64,000 nt of DNA from an uncultured Candidatus Rokubacteria bacterium. Lineage in GTDB: Bacteria; Methylomirabilota; Methylomirabilia; Rokubacteriales; CSP1-6. A program made the translations under genes and the position numbers. Below are positions 48,429 to 60,171 of this stretch, in pieces. The first letter of the stretch is position 1, and every line of letters begins with the position of its first letter. Below the pieces are notes generated by a model. The model was given only the letters and a program-made list of their open reading frames with translations, was not told where the DNA came from and did not search any database. Location: the NCBI GenBank assembly GCA_963747235.1, contig CAVVEU010000040.1:64001-128000 (forward strand). The letters run 5' to 3'.

Positions 48429-48512
48429 GCGCGGAGGCCCTTTCTGCCTTGAAGCTCTTTCATAGCGGTTGAACTTGGAGGACTTCGGTTTGGCGGTTGG
48501 GCTCCTTCGCGC

Positions 48513-49326
48513 TTAGGCGCTCATCCGAACTGCTTCGCGTGAGGCGATTGACCGTGATTGGACCCGTGGCGATTGGACTCGCGTCGTCGTGCTGGTGGCC
48601 GTGGTGGTGTCGTATTGCAGGTTGCGGGTGATGCGGAAGCGGTCGCCGGGGATGAAGACGCGGTCGTAGACGATCGGGGTGCCCGTCGGCGCCCACCGAG
48701 ACGCGGTCGGAGCGGAAGGCGGCGATGCCGGGGCGGCAGCCCAGCTCGCGGGCGGCGCGGCGATCGAGGGGCACCGCGGAGACGGTCTCGCGGGCGGCCG
48801 TGATCTCGATGCCGAGCTTGAAGGTCAGCACCTGGCGGAGCGGCGTCACCGCCAGGTCGGCGCGCGAGACTTCCGCGCCCAGCGCGGCGGGCAGGTACGA
48901 GGCCTGGAAGCTCACCGGCTCGCCGTCCACGAGCCGGAGGCGCTCGAGCACGAACACCTCCGCGTGCTCCGCCAGTCCGAGCGCCTCGGCCACCCGCCGG
49001 TCGGCGGGCTCGAAGCGGCTCCGGAGGAACCGCGTCGCCACGTCCTCGCCCAGCGCCGAGAGGTCCCCGGCGAGCGCGCGAAGCTGCAGGATGTCGTAGT
49101 CGATGGCGGGCCGCGCGACGAAGGTGCCGAGGCCGTGCCGGCGGGCGATGAGGCCGTCGCGCTCGAGCAGATCGAGCGCCTGGCGGAGCGTCATGAGCGT
49201 GACCCCGAACTCGCGCGCGAGGCTGCGCTGGTTGTCGAGGCGCTCGCCCGGCCCCTGGCCCGAGGTGGCGATCCGCTCGCGAAGCGTCTGAGCGATCTGG
49301 TGATACCGCGGCACGCGACTCGCCAA
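48513..49326 (-). CDS. GntR family regulator (HutC/UTRA subfamily); frameshift near 48685
   Basis: [45 protein letters not shown]; stop TAA at 48513. Confidence 0.9.
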
Positions 49327-49345
49327 GTGAGCCCCCACGCTCGGT

Positions 49346-49355
49346 GTTCTAGAAC
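49346..49355. promoter_or_regulatory. Perfect palindrome GTTCTAGAAC, candidate GntR operator
   Basis: 10-bp AT-rich palindrome ~20 nt upstream of the GntR start. Confidence 0.4.
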
Positions 49356-49360
49356 TCCTG

Positions 49361-49433
49361 CGGTCGCTCAACTTCCTCGTCGAGCATTCAGAACGGGATT
49401 CACTCAGGCCACGACAGGCAGTTACTGCGACCG
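49361..49433 (-). ncRNA. Candidate structured leader/small RNA (73-nt irregular hairpin)
   Basis: Hand fold: CGGUCGC/GCGACCG, AACU/AGUU, CCU/AGG, GUCG/CGAC, GGC/GCU, GAA/UUC; begins at the predicted TSS. Confidence 0.4.
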
Positions 49434-49439
49434 GCGCCC

Positions 49440-49469
49440 ATTGTAACCGGGCCGGGCGCGCGGGGTCAA
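49440..49469 (-). promoter_or_regulatory. Sigma70 promoter TTGACC-18-TACAAT for the GntR-etf cluster
   Basis: -35 at 49469-49464, -10 at 49445-49440. Confidence 0.6.
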
Positions 49470-49484
49470 TGGGCCCCGGCCGGG

Positions 49485-50560
49485 CTAGGCGGGGGCCTCG
49501 GCACTCATGCGCTGGGAGAACGTCACCAGCGCGTGGAGCTTGGCGGCGGCGGCGCCCGAGTCGATCGACTGGGCGGCCAGCGCCACGCCCTCCTTGAAGT
49601 CGCGCGCCTTGGCGCCCACCACCAGCGCCGCCGCCGCGTTCATCAGCACGATGTCGCGGCGCGGCCCCGGCTCGCCCCCGAGCACGCGCCGGATGATGTC
49701 GGCGTTCTCCTGCCGGTCGCCCCCCTGCAGGTCGCCGATGGCCGCCCGCGGCATGCCGAAGTCCTCCGGGCCGCACGCGGCTGGTCCGCACCACGCCCTC
49801 GTGCACCTCCGCGATGTGGCTCTCGCCGGTGTTCGAGATCTCGTCGAGCCCGTCGGCGCCGTGGACGACGAAGGCCCGGATCGTCCCCAGCTCGGCCAGC
49901 GCGCGGGCGAGCAGCTCGGTGAGCGCGGCCGCGTACACCCCGATCACCTGGGCGTTGGCCCCCGCGGGATTGGTGAGCGGCCCGAGCATGTTGAAGACGG
50001 TGCGCACGCCCATCTCGCGGCGCGCCGCCATCACGTGCTTCATGGCGGTGTGCAGCAGCGGCGCGTAGAGGAAGCCGATCCCGACCTCGTCCACGCAGCG
50101 CGCCACCTTCGGCGGGCTCAGCTCGATGTTGATCCCGAGCGCCTCCACCACGTCGGCGGACCCGCAGAGCGAGGAGACCGAGCGGTTGCCGTGCTTGGCC
50201 ACCTTGACCCCCGCCCCCGCCGCCACGAACGCGGTCGCGGTCGACACGTTGAAGGTGCCGGACGCGTCGCCCCCGGTGCCCGCAGGTGTCGATCAGCATC
50301 TCGCGGTCGGTGCCGGTCTGAGCCAGATCCGCGCCGCTGGCGCGGACTTTCACCACCTTCTGCCGCATCACCTGGGCGAAGCCGATCAGCTCCTCGACGG
50401 TCTCGCCCTTCATGCGCAGCGCGGTGAGGAACGCGGCGATCTGGGCGTTGGTGGCCGCGCCCGACATGATGGCTTCCATCGCGGCCGCCGCCTCGATCCG
50501 GGTGAGGTCACGCCGGTCCACGAGCGCGCGCACCGCTTCGGTGATGATGGGGCTGGTCAC
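49485..50560 (-). CDS. trpD: Anthranilate phosphoribosyltransferase; frameshifts near 50280 and 49770
   Basis: [53 protein letters not shown]. Confidence 0.95.
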
Positions 50561-53500
50561 GGGCGGCTCTTCGGCGCGGCCGGACGGACGCCAGCGCGCG
50601 CAGGATGTCCTGGATCTGCAGCGGCTTGGCCAGGACCAGGTCCACGCCGTGCGTGGGCAGATCCTCCGGCGCCACTTCGACCCCGAATCCGCTCATCATC
50701 ACCACCGGCACCTCCGGCGCCCGGTCCTTGACCGCGCGCGCGACCTGCCAGCCCGTCATGCCGGGCATCGCCAGGTCCGTGAACACCACGTCGAACCGCT
50801 CGGCGCCGAGTCGGTCCACGGCCTCCTTGCCGCTCCGCACGGTCACCGCGCTGTGCCCGGCGGTGGTCAGGATGTCCGCGACCACCTCGCCCACCTCCTG
50901 CTCGTCGTCCACCACCAGGCAGTGCAGCGAGACCAGCGCGCCGGGCACCGCCGCGAGCGGCGGGGCGACGGCCGCCGCCGGCCCGCGGTCACGGCGGGGA
51001 ACAGGAGGCGGAAGGTCGTGCCGTGCCCCTCTTCGCTCTCGACCGTGATCCGCCCGTTGTGGCGCTGGAGGATACCATAGGCCATCGAGAGGCCGAGGCC
51101 GGTGCCCTTCGGCCCCTTGGTCGTGAAGAACGGGTCGAAGATCTTCTCCCGGATGTGCTCGGGAATGCCCGTCCCGGTGTCGCGCACCTCGACCTCCACC
51201 TGGCCGTCGGCCACCCGGGTGCGCAGGGTGAGGGTGCCGCCCTTCGGCATCGCGTCGACCGCGTTGAGCACCAGGTTGGTGAAGGCCTCGCGCAGCTCGG
51301 CCGGATCGCCCGCCACCGGCGGCAGCCCCTCGGCCAGATCGGTCTCCACGTGAATCTGGGCGTCGTCGCTCCGACGCCGATCCTGCCGCCAGGCGGACTC
51401 GGTGGTCTCGAGGACCTGCTGGACGATCTGGTTGAGGTCCACGTCCACCGCGGGCTGGTCGCGCCGGATGCCCGTGAAGTCCTGCAGCCGGCGCACGGTG
51501 CGGGCGCCGTCCATGGCCGCGCGCTCGATGACCTTGAGCCACTGGCGCAGCTTGACGTCCTGCACGCGCTCGAGCAGGAGCTGCGCGCGGCCCAGGATGG
51601 AGGCGAGCAGGTTGTTGAAGTCGTGGGCCACGCCCGACGCCATCTCGCCGAGCGCGCGGAGCTTCTCGGTGCGCACGAGCTGGTCCTGGGCGGCGCCCAG
51701 CTCGCCGAGGGCGCGCGTGCGCTCCTCGTACAGGCGCGCGCTGCGGAGCATGAGGGCGACGAGCTGGGCGATGTTGACGAGGAGGCGCTCGTCGCCTTCG
51801 GTGAACGCGCGGTCGGGGCTGCGCAGGGACAGCAGCCCGATCACGCGGTCGCCCGCGGTCATGGGCACGACGAGGGCGTGCGGCATGTCCATGGCGTTGG
51901 GGACCGGCGCCACGCCCAGCCGCCGGCACTCGCCGAGGTAGTCCGCGGTCCGGATCGGCCGGCCGCTGCTGAGCACGAGTCCGGAGAGCCCGGCCTGGGA
52001 GCGCGGGTAGGCGCGCGGCTCGTCCTCGTCGCAGCGGCGCCCGTCCCGCACGCGCAGCACGACCTCCAGCCGATCGTGCTCCTCGTCCAGCAACACCACC
52101 GCCATGTGCCGGACGTCCAGGACGCGCGGCACCTGCTGATGCAGCGAGTCCAGGATGCCGGCCTGGTCGAGCTGGCCGGTGACCGAGCGCGACAGCTCGT
52201 GGAGCACCGACAGCTCCTGCACCCGGCGCTGGTTGTCCTGGAAGAGCCGCGCGTTCTGCAGGGCCACGCCGGCCTGGCTCGCGACCGCCTCCATCAGCCG
52301 GCGCTCGGCGTCCGAGAGCTCGCGGGCCTTGTCCCACCAGTTGGCGGTGAAGCCGCCGATCATCTGCTCCTGGGCGAAGATCGGGACGAACAGGTGCGTG
52401 CGCACCGGCGCGCTCTGGCGGATCTCCTCGGGGATGCGGGGATCGGTGCCGCCGTCGGTGGAGATGACGGAGTGGCGCTGCTCGGCCGCCTCGCGATAGA
52501 ACGCGTGCTCCCGGATCGAGAGACGCAGGCCGCGGAGCGCCTCGAGGCGATCCGGGGGAACGTGGTAGCCCGCGAGCGGCGCCATCCACTCCCCGTCGTC
52601 CTGCAGCAGCCACATGCCCGCGCTGTCGGCGCCGAGGCCGCGCGCCACGAGGCGCAGGAACTGGCGCGCCAGGGTCTCCATGTCGAGGGTCGAGGCGAGC
52701 GTCTGGCTCACCGACAGGAGCGTCTCCGTCTCCTGGAGCTTCACCTCGGTCTGCCGGCCCAGCTCCGCGTTCTCCATGCCGAGGCCGACCTGGGCGGCCA
52801 CGCCCTCGAGGAGCCGCAGCTCCGACTCGCCGAACTCGCGCCCGGTCTGCCACCACACCAGGAACAGCGCCCCGACCGGCTCGCCCCGCACCGTGGTGGG
52901 AGCGAAGAGCACGGAGTGCGCGCCGATGTCCTCGATCAACCGAAGGTCGAAGCGCGCGTCCGCTCTCGCGTCCGAGGACCACGCGGCCCGCCCCTCGCGC
53001 CAGACCTGGGCCAGGGCGGGAAACTCCGCGAGGGCGAAGGGGCGGGTCAGGAAATGCTCGAGCAGATGCTTGGGCACGTGATAGCCCGCGGTGGGCACGA
53101 GCGACTGGTGCTCGCGGTCGAGGCCGTAGATCCCGACCATGTCGGCGCCGAAGGCGTGGGCCACCTCACGCGCGACCGTGCGCATGACGTGGGCGGTGGG
53201 CTCCGGCTGGGAGAGCGCGCGGCCGACGGACAGCAGGGCCGTCGTCTCCCGCAGGCGCTCCTGCACCTGGGTATAGAGCTGGGTGTTGGCCAGCGAGAGC
53301 GCGAGCTGGCCCGCGATGGCCATGGCCAGATCCACCTGCCAGGGCTCGAAGGGCGTCGGCCGCTCGGTGTGATCGAGCGCCATGACCCCGATCACCTCGC
53401 CCTGGCGGATCAGCGGGACGGCCATGGTCGACTTCGCATGGAAGAGCTCGACCCACTCCGGCGAGATCAGGTCGCTCGTGGCGGTGTCCGGCACGATCAC

Positions 53501-56500
53501 CGGCCGCCGCGTCTCGATGACGCGCGCGTGCATCAGCGGATTCCCGGGCAGCGATCCGGTCATGCGGCGATACCGGTCCCAGGTCTCGAGGTCCTGGTGA
53601 CCGTCGGCGAACTGGGACATGAGCGGCACCACGCGGCCGTCGACCCAGCGCTGGATGGAGCAGCGGTCCACCCGGCACACCTGGGCGATCTTCATGGCGA
53701 CCTCGCGCAGCAGCCGCTTCGAGTCCAGCGTGGAGTTGAGGATCTCGGCGACCTCCAGGAGGGCCCGGCTCTCCTCGAGCCGGCCGCGAGTCTCGCCGTA
53801 GAGCCCCGCGTTGCGGATGGCCACACCCGCCTGGGCCACGAAGCTCTCGAGGAGCTGCTCGTCGTCGGGGTCGAGCCGGATCGGCTCGCGCCCGTTGAGG
53901 GAGAGCACCCCGAGGAGCGTCTCCTGGACCACGATCGGCACCACGAGCGCGCTGCGCAACCCGTGGGACGCCGCCCACTCCGTGAACTTGAACCGGGGAT
54001 CCTGCGCGATCTCCTCGATCTCGAGCGTCTCGCCGTGCAGCGCCACCCAGCCCACGCCGCCCTCACCATACAGGACGGTCTTGGAGGGGAAGTCGTCGGC
54101 CATCGGATCGGATGAGGTCCGGAACTCGACCGTGCGGGCCGCCTCGTTCGCGATCCAGAAGCTCGCCAGCGGCACCGCGATCAGCTCGCCGGCCGCCTCG
54201 GCGATGGCCCGGAGCACCTCGTCCATGTCGAGGGAGGAGGACACGATGTGCGCGAGGCGGGCCAGGCTGCGCAGGCGCGCCGCGCGGACGTCGAGGGCCC
54301 GGTAGAGCCGCGCGTTCTCGAGCGCGACCGCGATCTGGTTCGCGAAGGCCGAGAGGTACTCGACCTCGCGGCTGCTGAACGCCTCGCCCACCGGCCGATA
54401 CACGACGAGCGCGCCCTGCAGGTGCTCGCGGATGAGCGGCACCGCGAGGATGGACCGGCCGCCGATCTCCTCGACCCAGCGCCGCGACTCCGGCCGGAGC
54501 TGGATCCGCGGATCGTTCAGCACGTCGGCCGTCCAGACCGGCGCGCGCTCGGCCAGGGCCCGTCCGATCACGCCCTCGTCGGCATTGAGCGGCTGGGCGC
54601 GCCCGGTGATCGGGCCGGAGAACGGCCCCTGCCCGGCCACCAGGTGCAGGGGGCCGCCGGCCGCCTCCTGCAGCCAGATCGCGATGTCGAGCCGCCCGAG
54701 CGACTCGTGGGCCTGGGTGGCGACGATCTCGAGCACCCGGGCCTCGTCGAGCGTGGACACGAGCACGCGCCCCATCTCGGCCACCACGCGCATCCGCTCC
54801 GCCTGCTCGGACGCCTCGCGATAGAGCCGCGAGTGGTCGATGGCGATGGCGGCCTGGCCCGCGAAGCTCTCCCCCAGCTCCTGCTCGCGCGCGGTGAAGG
54901 CGCGCCGCCCGCGGAAGGTCAGCACGCCGATGGCCCGCTCACCGACCATGAGCGGCACGCCGAGATAGTGCGTGTAGCCGAGCCGCTTGCCCGCGGCCAG
55001 ATGGTCGGCCGGCATGATTGCTCGCCTCGAGCTCGCACATGAGCGCCTGGCCGGAGGCGAACACCCGGCCGGTCAGGCTCTCGCCCACCTTGATGCGCGG
55101 CCGGAGCATGGACTGGGCAGCGGTGCCGGCGAGACCCGCCACCACCAGGTCGTCGCCGTCGAGCAGCCGGAAGCCCGCGTTGTCCACGTCGAGCAGCCGG
55201 GCCGCCTCCTCCGCGATGGACGTCAGCAGGCTCTCCGGCGTCACGAGCGCCCCGATCTTCTTGTTGATCTCGAGCAGCGAGGACAGCGACGCCTTGCGGT
55301 CACGCTCCTGCGCGAACATCCGCGCGTTGTCGAGCGCGGTGGCCGCCTGCCCGGCGAGCGCGGTCATGATCGAGATCTCGGCCGCGGACGGCGTGTGCGG
55401 CTCCCACCAGTAGGCGGCGATCGCGCCGTGCGCATCGCCCTTGGTGAGCAGGGGGACGGACAGGACCGCGCGGTAGCCCTCACGCTGGATCAGCGCGCGC
55501 GCCTCCGGGCTGATCGCCAGCGCCGTGTCGTTCAGCACGTCCTCGCTCCACACCGGGACGCGCTCCTCGATCGCGCGGCCGGTGGTACCCTCCCCCAGAC
55601 GCATGCGCAGCGAGGCGGTGAACGCGCTCGACAGGCCGCGGCCGCGCTCGTAGGACACCACCCCGGTTTCCCGGTCGACCCGCATGACGCCGACCGCGGC
55701 CACCGCGAGCAGCGCCTGGCACCGCTCCAGCACCAGATCGAGGACGCGATCGACGTCGAGGGTCGAGCTGACCGCGCCGCTCACCTCGAGGAGCGCCTGG
55801 TACTGGGCCGCGTTGCGCGTGGCCTCGTCGAAGAGCCGCGCGTGCTCGAGCGCCACCGCGGCCTGCGTGGCGAAGTCGGTCAGGATCGAGAGATCCTCCT
55901 CGGTGAACGGCGGCGCGCCGGGTCCCCGCCCCGCGGTCATCACGCCCAGGGGCCGGTCGCCCGCCATGAGGGGCGCGGCCAGCAGCCGGCTCGTGAACGG
56001 GATGAACTCGGCCATCGCGCCGGGCGAGCTGGCGTAGTCGTTGGCCAGCGCGCCCCGACCGGTGGCCAGCGCGGCGCCGGCCACGCCGCTGCCGATCTTG
56101 AAGCGGAGATCCCGGATCCAGTCCGGGACATCCGACCAGGCCCGCGGGCGCAGGGTGTCGCCTTCCAGGAGGTACACCGCGGAGAACGTCCCCCCGATCA
56201 GCCGCTGGGCCGCGCGCGCGATGACGACCAGCAGCTCCTCGGGGTCGAGCTGCTCGGAGATGTGCCGCTCGATCACGTGCTGCGCCTCGAGCCGGCCGAG
56301 GCGCACCGCCGCGGTGTCGCGGAGCTGGGCGCGCTCGACCGCCAGGCCCACCTGCTGGGCCACCGCCGAGAGGATCGTCAGCTCCTCGGGCAGGAACTCG
56401 CGCCGCTCCTTGGAGACGAGCGCCATCACGCCCCAGGTCCGGTGCTCGACCGGGATCGGCAGCGCGAGCTGGGTGCGGTGGGCCCGCTCGGCCGCCATCT

Positions 56501-57741
56501 CCCGGATATGCTCTTCGGAGGGCGGCGAGGCGTCCAGGTGGGTGACGATGGTCTCGCCGGTGCGCGCCGCGTCGCCCACGTGGGAGCCCTCGAGCGGGCG
56601 GTTGCGGGAGCGATCGAGATAGCGGGGATCGACGCCGCTCTGCCCTTCCAGGACGAGCTGGCTGGCGTCGTGGTCCAGGCGATAGATCACGCCGACGTCC
56701 ATCCGGGCGAGACCGCGCACGATCTCGAGCGTCTCGCCGGCGGTGGTGGCCAGGTTGGAGCCGCGACTCATCGTCGCGAACACCGCGTTCAGCGCTTCCA
56801 GCTCGCGGTTGCGCCGCTCGAGCGCCACGCGGGGGCTGTCCGCGGGCGGCCCCGACCGCGCCGGCGGGCGCGGCCGGCCGGCCGCCGGCAGGAACGCCAG
56901 CACCACGCCCGCGAGCACCACCGCGCCGGCCCCCAGCAGGGCGAGGAACTCCAGCAGCAGGCGGTGCTCGGCCCGCGCGAACTCCCGCACCGACAGCACG
57001 ACCCAGAGGCCGCCGTCGGGCGACGTCACGACGGGCTCCGCGAGCCGGCGAACCGCGAAGGGCTCGTCGCCCACGTCGGTGGCGCCGACGGTGGCCGCGC
57101 GGGCCCAGCCGCTCCCGGGCAGATCGCTCCGGCTGGCCGCGAGCGCGCGATCGCCCGCGACGAAGATCACCGCCGGTCGCGCGGGGAGCCGGTCGAGCAA
57201 GGCGCCAAGCCCCTCGACGCGCCGGCCGGCCACCACGGTGCCGGGGCCGCCGGGCGGCTCGCGCCCGGCCGGGCTCTGCACCGGCGCGGTGACGAGGAAG
57301 TACGGCTGGCCACCCGCCAGCCGCAGGGTCAGGACCGGCTCGGTCGGCGGCCGGCGCGCCGGGGAGGCTCGGCGGCGGACCCGCCGGCACCTGCACCAGG
57401 GGCGTGCCGCGCGCGTCCCGGATCGTGATGAAGTCGGCGAGCCCGTCGCGCGTGACGGCCAGCACGCGCGGAGAGGCGCCGCGGGCCAGGATCGCCCAGT
57501 CGCCCTTGGCCGTTCCCTCGACCACCGCGGGGTCACTCGCGAGGAGGATCGTCTCGCGTCGCAGCGATTCCTGGTAGTCGCCGACCAGCGCGTTCACCGC
57601 GTCCACGGTCCGGGCGACCGCGGCGTCGCGGGTCCGCACGAGCTGGCGGTGGGCCGCGACAAACCCGAGGCCGGCCAGGATCCCCAGCGGGATCGCGAGC
57701 AGCAGGAACGGGACGAGGAAGGTCCGGATGAACCGACGCAC
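50557..57741 (-). CDS. Giant membrane-anchored hybrid histidine kinase: TM-sensor-TM, ~10 GAF, HisKA, HATPase_c, REC; frameshifts near 57360, 55020, 50980, 50580
   Basis: Ten repeats ending Q-(A/V/I/L)-x-(V/I/T/L)-x-(L/I/V/M)-x-(N/H/R/S)-x-x-(L/M); [21 protein letters not shown]; [27 protein letters not shown]; VVDDE..TDLAMPG..LAKP. Confidence 0.92.
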
Positions 57742-57770
57742 AACCTATTCTCGGCCCGTAGCGCGAGCGA

Positions 57771-57776
57771 ATTATA
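57771..57776 (-). promoter_or_regulatory. -10 box TATAAT upstream of the kinase
   Basis: CCCGTATAATTCG, ~30 nt upstream of GTG 57741. Confidence 0.45.
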
Positions 57777-57789
57777 CGGGTTTTCGCTC

Positions 57790-58505
57790 TCAGAGCCCCA
57801 GGTAGGCCTGCTTGATGTGGCCGCTCGCGAGCAGCTCCGGCCCGGGCCCCGACCGGGTCACCCGCCCGTTCTCGAGCACGTAGCCCCGGTGGGCCAGGTG
57901 CAGCGACCGCAGCACGTTCTGCTCGACGAGCAAAATAGTGAGCCCTTGCGCGTTGATACGCCCCAGGTCCTCGAAGATCGCCTTCACCATGACCGGGGCC
58001 AGCCCGAGGCTCGGCTCGTCCAGCATGAGCAGCCGGGGGCAGGCCATGAGCCCGCGGCCGATGGCGCACATCTGCTGCTCGCCGCCCGAGAGGGTCCCCG
58101 CCGAGCTGCTCCCGCCGCTCCCGCAGGCGCGGGAACAGGTCGAAGACCCGCGCGAGGGTCTCGGCTCGCCGGCGCCCGGGCCGCCCGCGTGCGGGCCCCC
58201 AGCTCCAGGTTCTCCAGGACCGTCATCGTCGGGAAGAGCTGGCGGCCTTCGGGCACGTGGGCGATGCCGCGGGCCACGATCTGGGCGGACGTGAGGCCGT
58301 CGAGCCGCTGGCCCTCGAACTCGATGCGCCCGCGGCGAAGCGGCAGCAGGCCCGAGATCGCGCGCAGCGTGGTCGTCTTGCCCGCGCCGTTGGCGCCGAT
58401 CAGCGCCACCGCCTCGCCCTCGCGCACCTCGAGCGAGACGTCGCCGACCGCGGTCAGGTCGCCGTAGCCGACCTCGATGCCCTCAACGCGCAGGAGTGTG
58501 GACAT
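57790..58505 (-). CDS. Liv-type ABC ATP-binding protein (LivF), fourth system; frameshifts
   Basis: [31 protein letters not shown]. Confidence 0.9.
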
Positions 58506-59227
58506 ACTCCTCGCCCAGGTAGGCCTCGATCACGCGCGGGTGGTTGGCGACCGTGGCGGGGGGCCCCTCCACGATCTTCTCGCCGAAGTTGAGCACCGCG
58601 ATGCGGTGCGAGAGCGTCATCACCGCCCGCATGTTGTGCTCGATCAGCAGGATGGATACGCCGTCCTCGTTGATGCGCTGGATGAGGTCCACGATCGCCG
58701 CGATCTCGGTGGGATTGAGCCCGGCCATCACCTCGTCGAGCAGGAGCAGGGTGGGCTCGGTGGCCAGCGCGCGCGCGAGCTCGAGCCGCTTGCGCTCGGC
58801 GAGGGTCAGCCCGGACGCCGCGTGCCCGGCCTTGGCGCCCAGCCCCACCCGGTCGATCACCGCCGCGCGCCTTCTCCCGCGCCTCCGCCATGCGGGGGTG
58901 CCGCGCCAGCGCGCCCACCCGGACATTGTCGAGCACGGAGAGATGGGGAAAGGGGCGGACGATCTGGAAGGTGCGGGCCAGGCCGAGGCCGCAGATCGCG
59001 TGCGGCTTGAGCCCGACGAGCGGGTGGCCGTCGAAGTGGACCGTGCCCTGGTCGGGCGCGAGAAAGCCCGAGAGCAGGTTGAACGCGGTGGTCTTGCCGG
59101 CCCCGTTGGGGCCGATGAGCCCGAGCACCTCGCCGCGCGCCATCTCGAGCGAGAGATCGCGCACCGCCACGCAGCCCGCCGAAGCGCTTGGAGATCCCGG
59201 CGACGCGGAGCAGCGGCGGCAGGTCAC
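58483..59227 (-). CDS. Liv-type ABC ATP-binding protein (LivG), fourth system; frameshifts
   Basis: IGPNGAGKTT, ARTFQIVRPF, DEVMAGLNPTE, IEHNM. Confidence 0.9.
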
Positions 59228-60171
59228 CGGGCCGCGCGCGCCCAGAGGCGGCGCAGGGCCGGGTAGGCGCCCTGGGGCAGGAAGAGCACCACCGCGATGA
59301 GCAGGAGGCCGTAGGCGATCAGGTGCGCGCCCGCCCAGCCCCCCTGCCCGAAGTAGATCCGCGAGACCTCGGCGAGCGGGCTCAGGATGAAGGAGCCGAG
59401 GATCGGGCCCATGACCGTCCCCGCGCCGCCCACGATGGGCCGGATGATGATCTCGACCGAGAGCGGGATGCCGAACACCGAGCCGGGCTGGAGCGAGAAG
59501 AGGTAGAACGCGTAGAACGTCCCGCCCACGCCGGTGAGGAACGACGAGACGATCATCGCCAGCATCTTGTAGCGGAAGGTGTTCACCCCGAGCGCCTCGC
59601 AGGCGCTCTCGTCCTCCCGGATCGCGATCAGGTACGCGCCGAAGCGGCGGCGCTCGATGGCGGCCACGATGCCGGTGGCGATCAGCATCAGCCCGAGGGC
59701 CACGTAGTAGTACACGCGGTTGTCCTGGAACTGGAACTGCCACGGGTTGCCCGTGAAGGTGATGTAGTAGCCGAGCGCCCCGCCCACCGCGTCGGTGTTG
59801 AGCGCCACGATCCGGCAGACCTCCGCGAAGGCCACCGTGAGCAGCACGAAGTAGAAGCCGCGCAGGCCGAAGCGGAAGCCCAGGTAGCCGACGATGGCGC
59901 CGAGCACGGCCGAGAGCAGGCCGCCCACCAGCATGCCGATCCACGGCGTGAGCCCGGCCTGCACCGAGAGGATCGCGGAGGTGTAGGCCCCGATGCCGAC
60001 GAAGGCGGCGTGGCCCGCCGAGAGCTGCCCCGCGTAGCCGCCCACGATGTTCCAGGCCTGCCCGAGGAAGGCGTAGAAGAAGATGAAGATGAACACGGTG
60101 ACCGCGTAGGAGTTGAGCACCGCGGGCAGCAGCAGCAGGACGAGCAGCGCGGCGGCGCCGAGCCACTTCAC
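59224..60171 (-). CDS. Liv-type ABC permease (LivM), fourth system
   Basis: AWNIVGGYAGQLSAGH, LRGFYFVLLT, AIREDE, VGGAGT. Confidence 0.92.
   Translation of the reverse strand: MKWLGAAALLVLLLLPAVLNSYAVTVFIFIFFYAFLGQAWNIVGGYAGQLSAGHAAFVGIGAYTSAILSVQAGLTPWIGMLVGGLLSAVLGAIVGYLGFRFGLRGFYFVLLTVAFAEVCRIVALNTDAVGGALGYYITFTGNPWQFQFQDNRVYYYVALGLMLIATGIVAAIERRRFGAYLIAIREDESACEALGVNTFRYKMLAMIVSSFLTGVGGTFYAFYLFSLQPGSVFGIPLSVEIIIRPIVGGAGTVMGPILGSFILSPLAEVSRIYFGQGGWAGAHLIAYGLLLIAVVLFLPQGAYPALRRLWARAAR

Noticed and set aside
48430-49440. Cobalamin riboswitch ahead of the B12 mutase cluster
   Set aside because: No B12-box or GGGAA..GCCACTG core found in either intergenic region.
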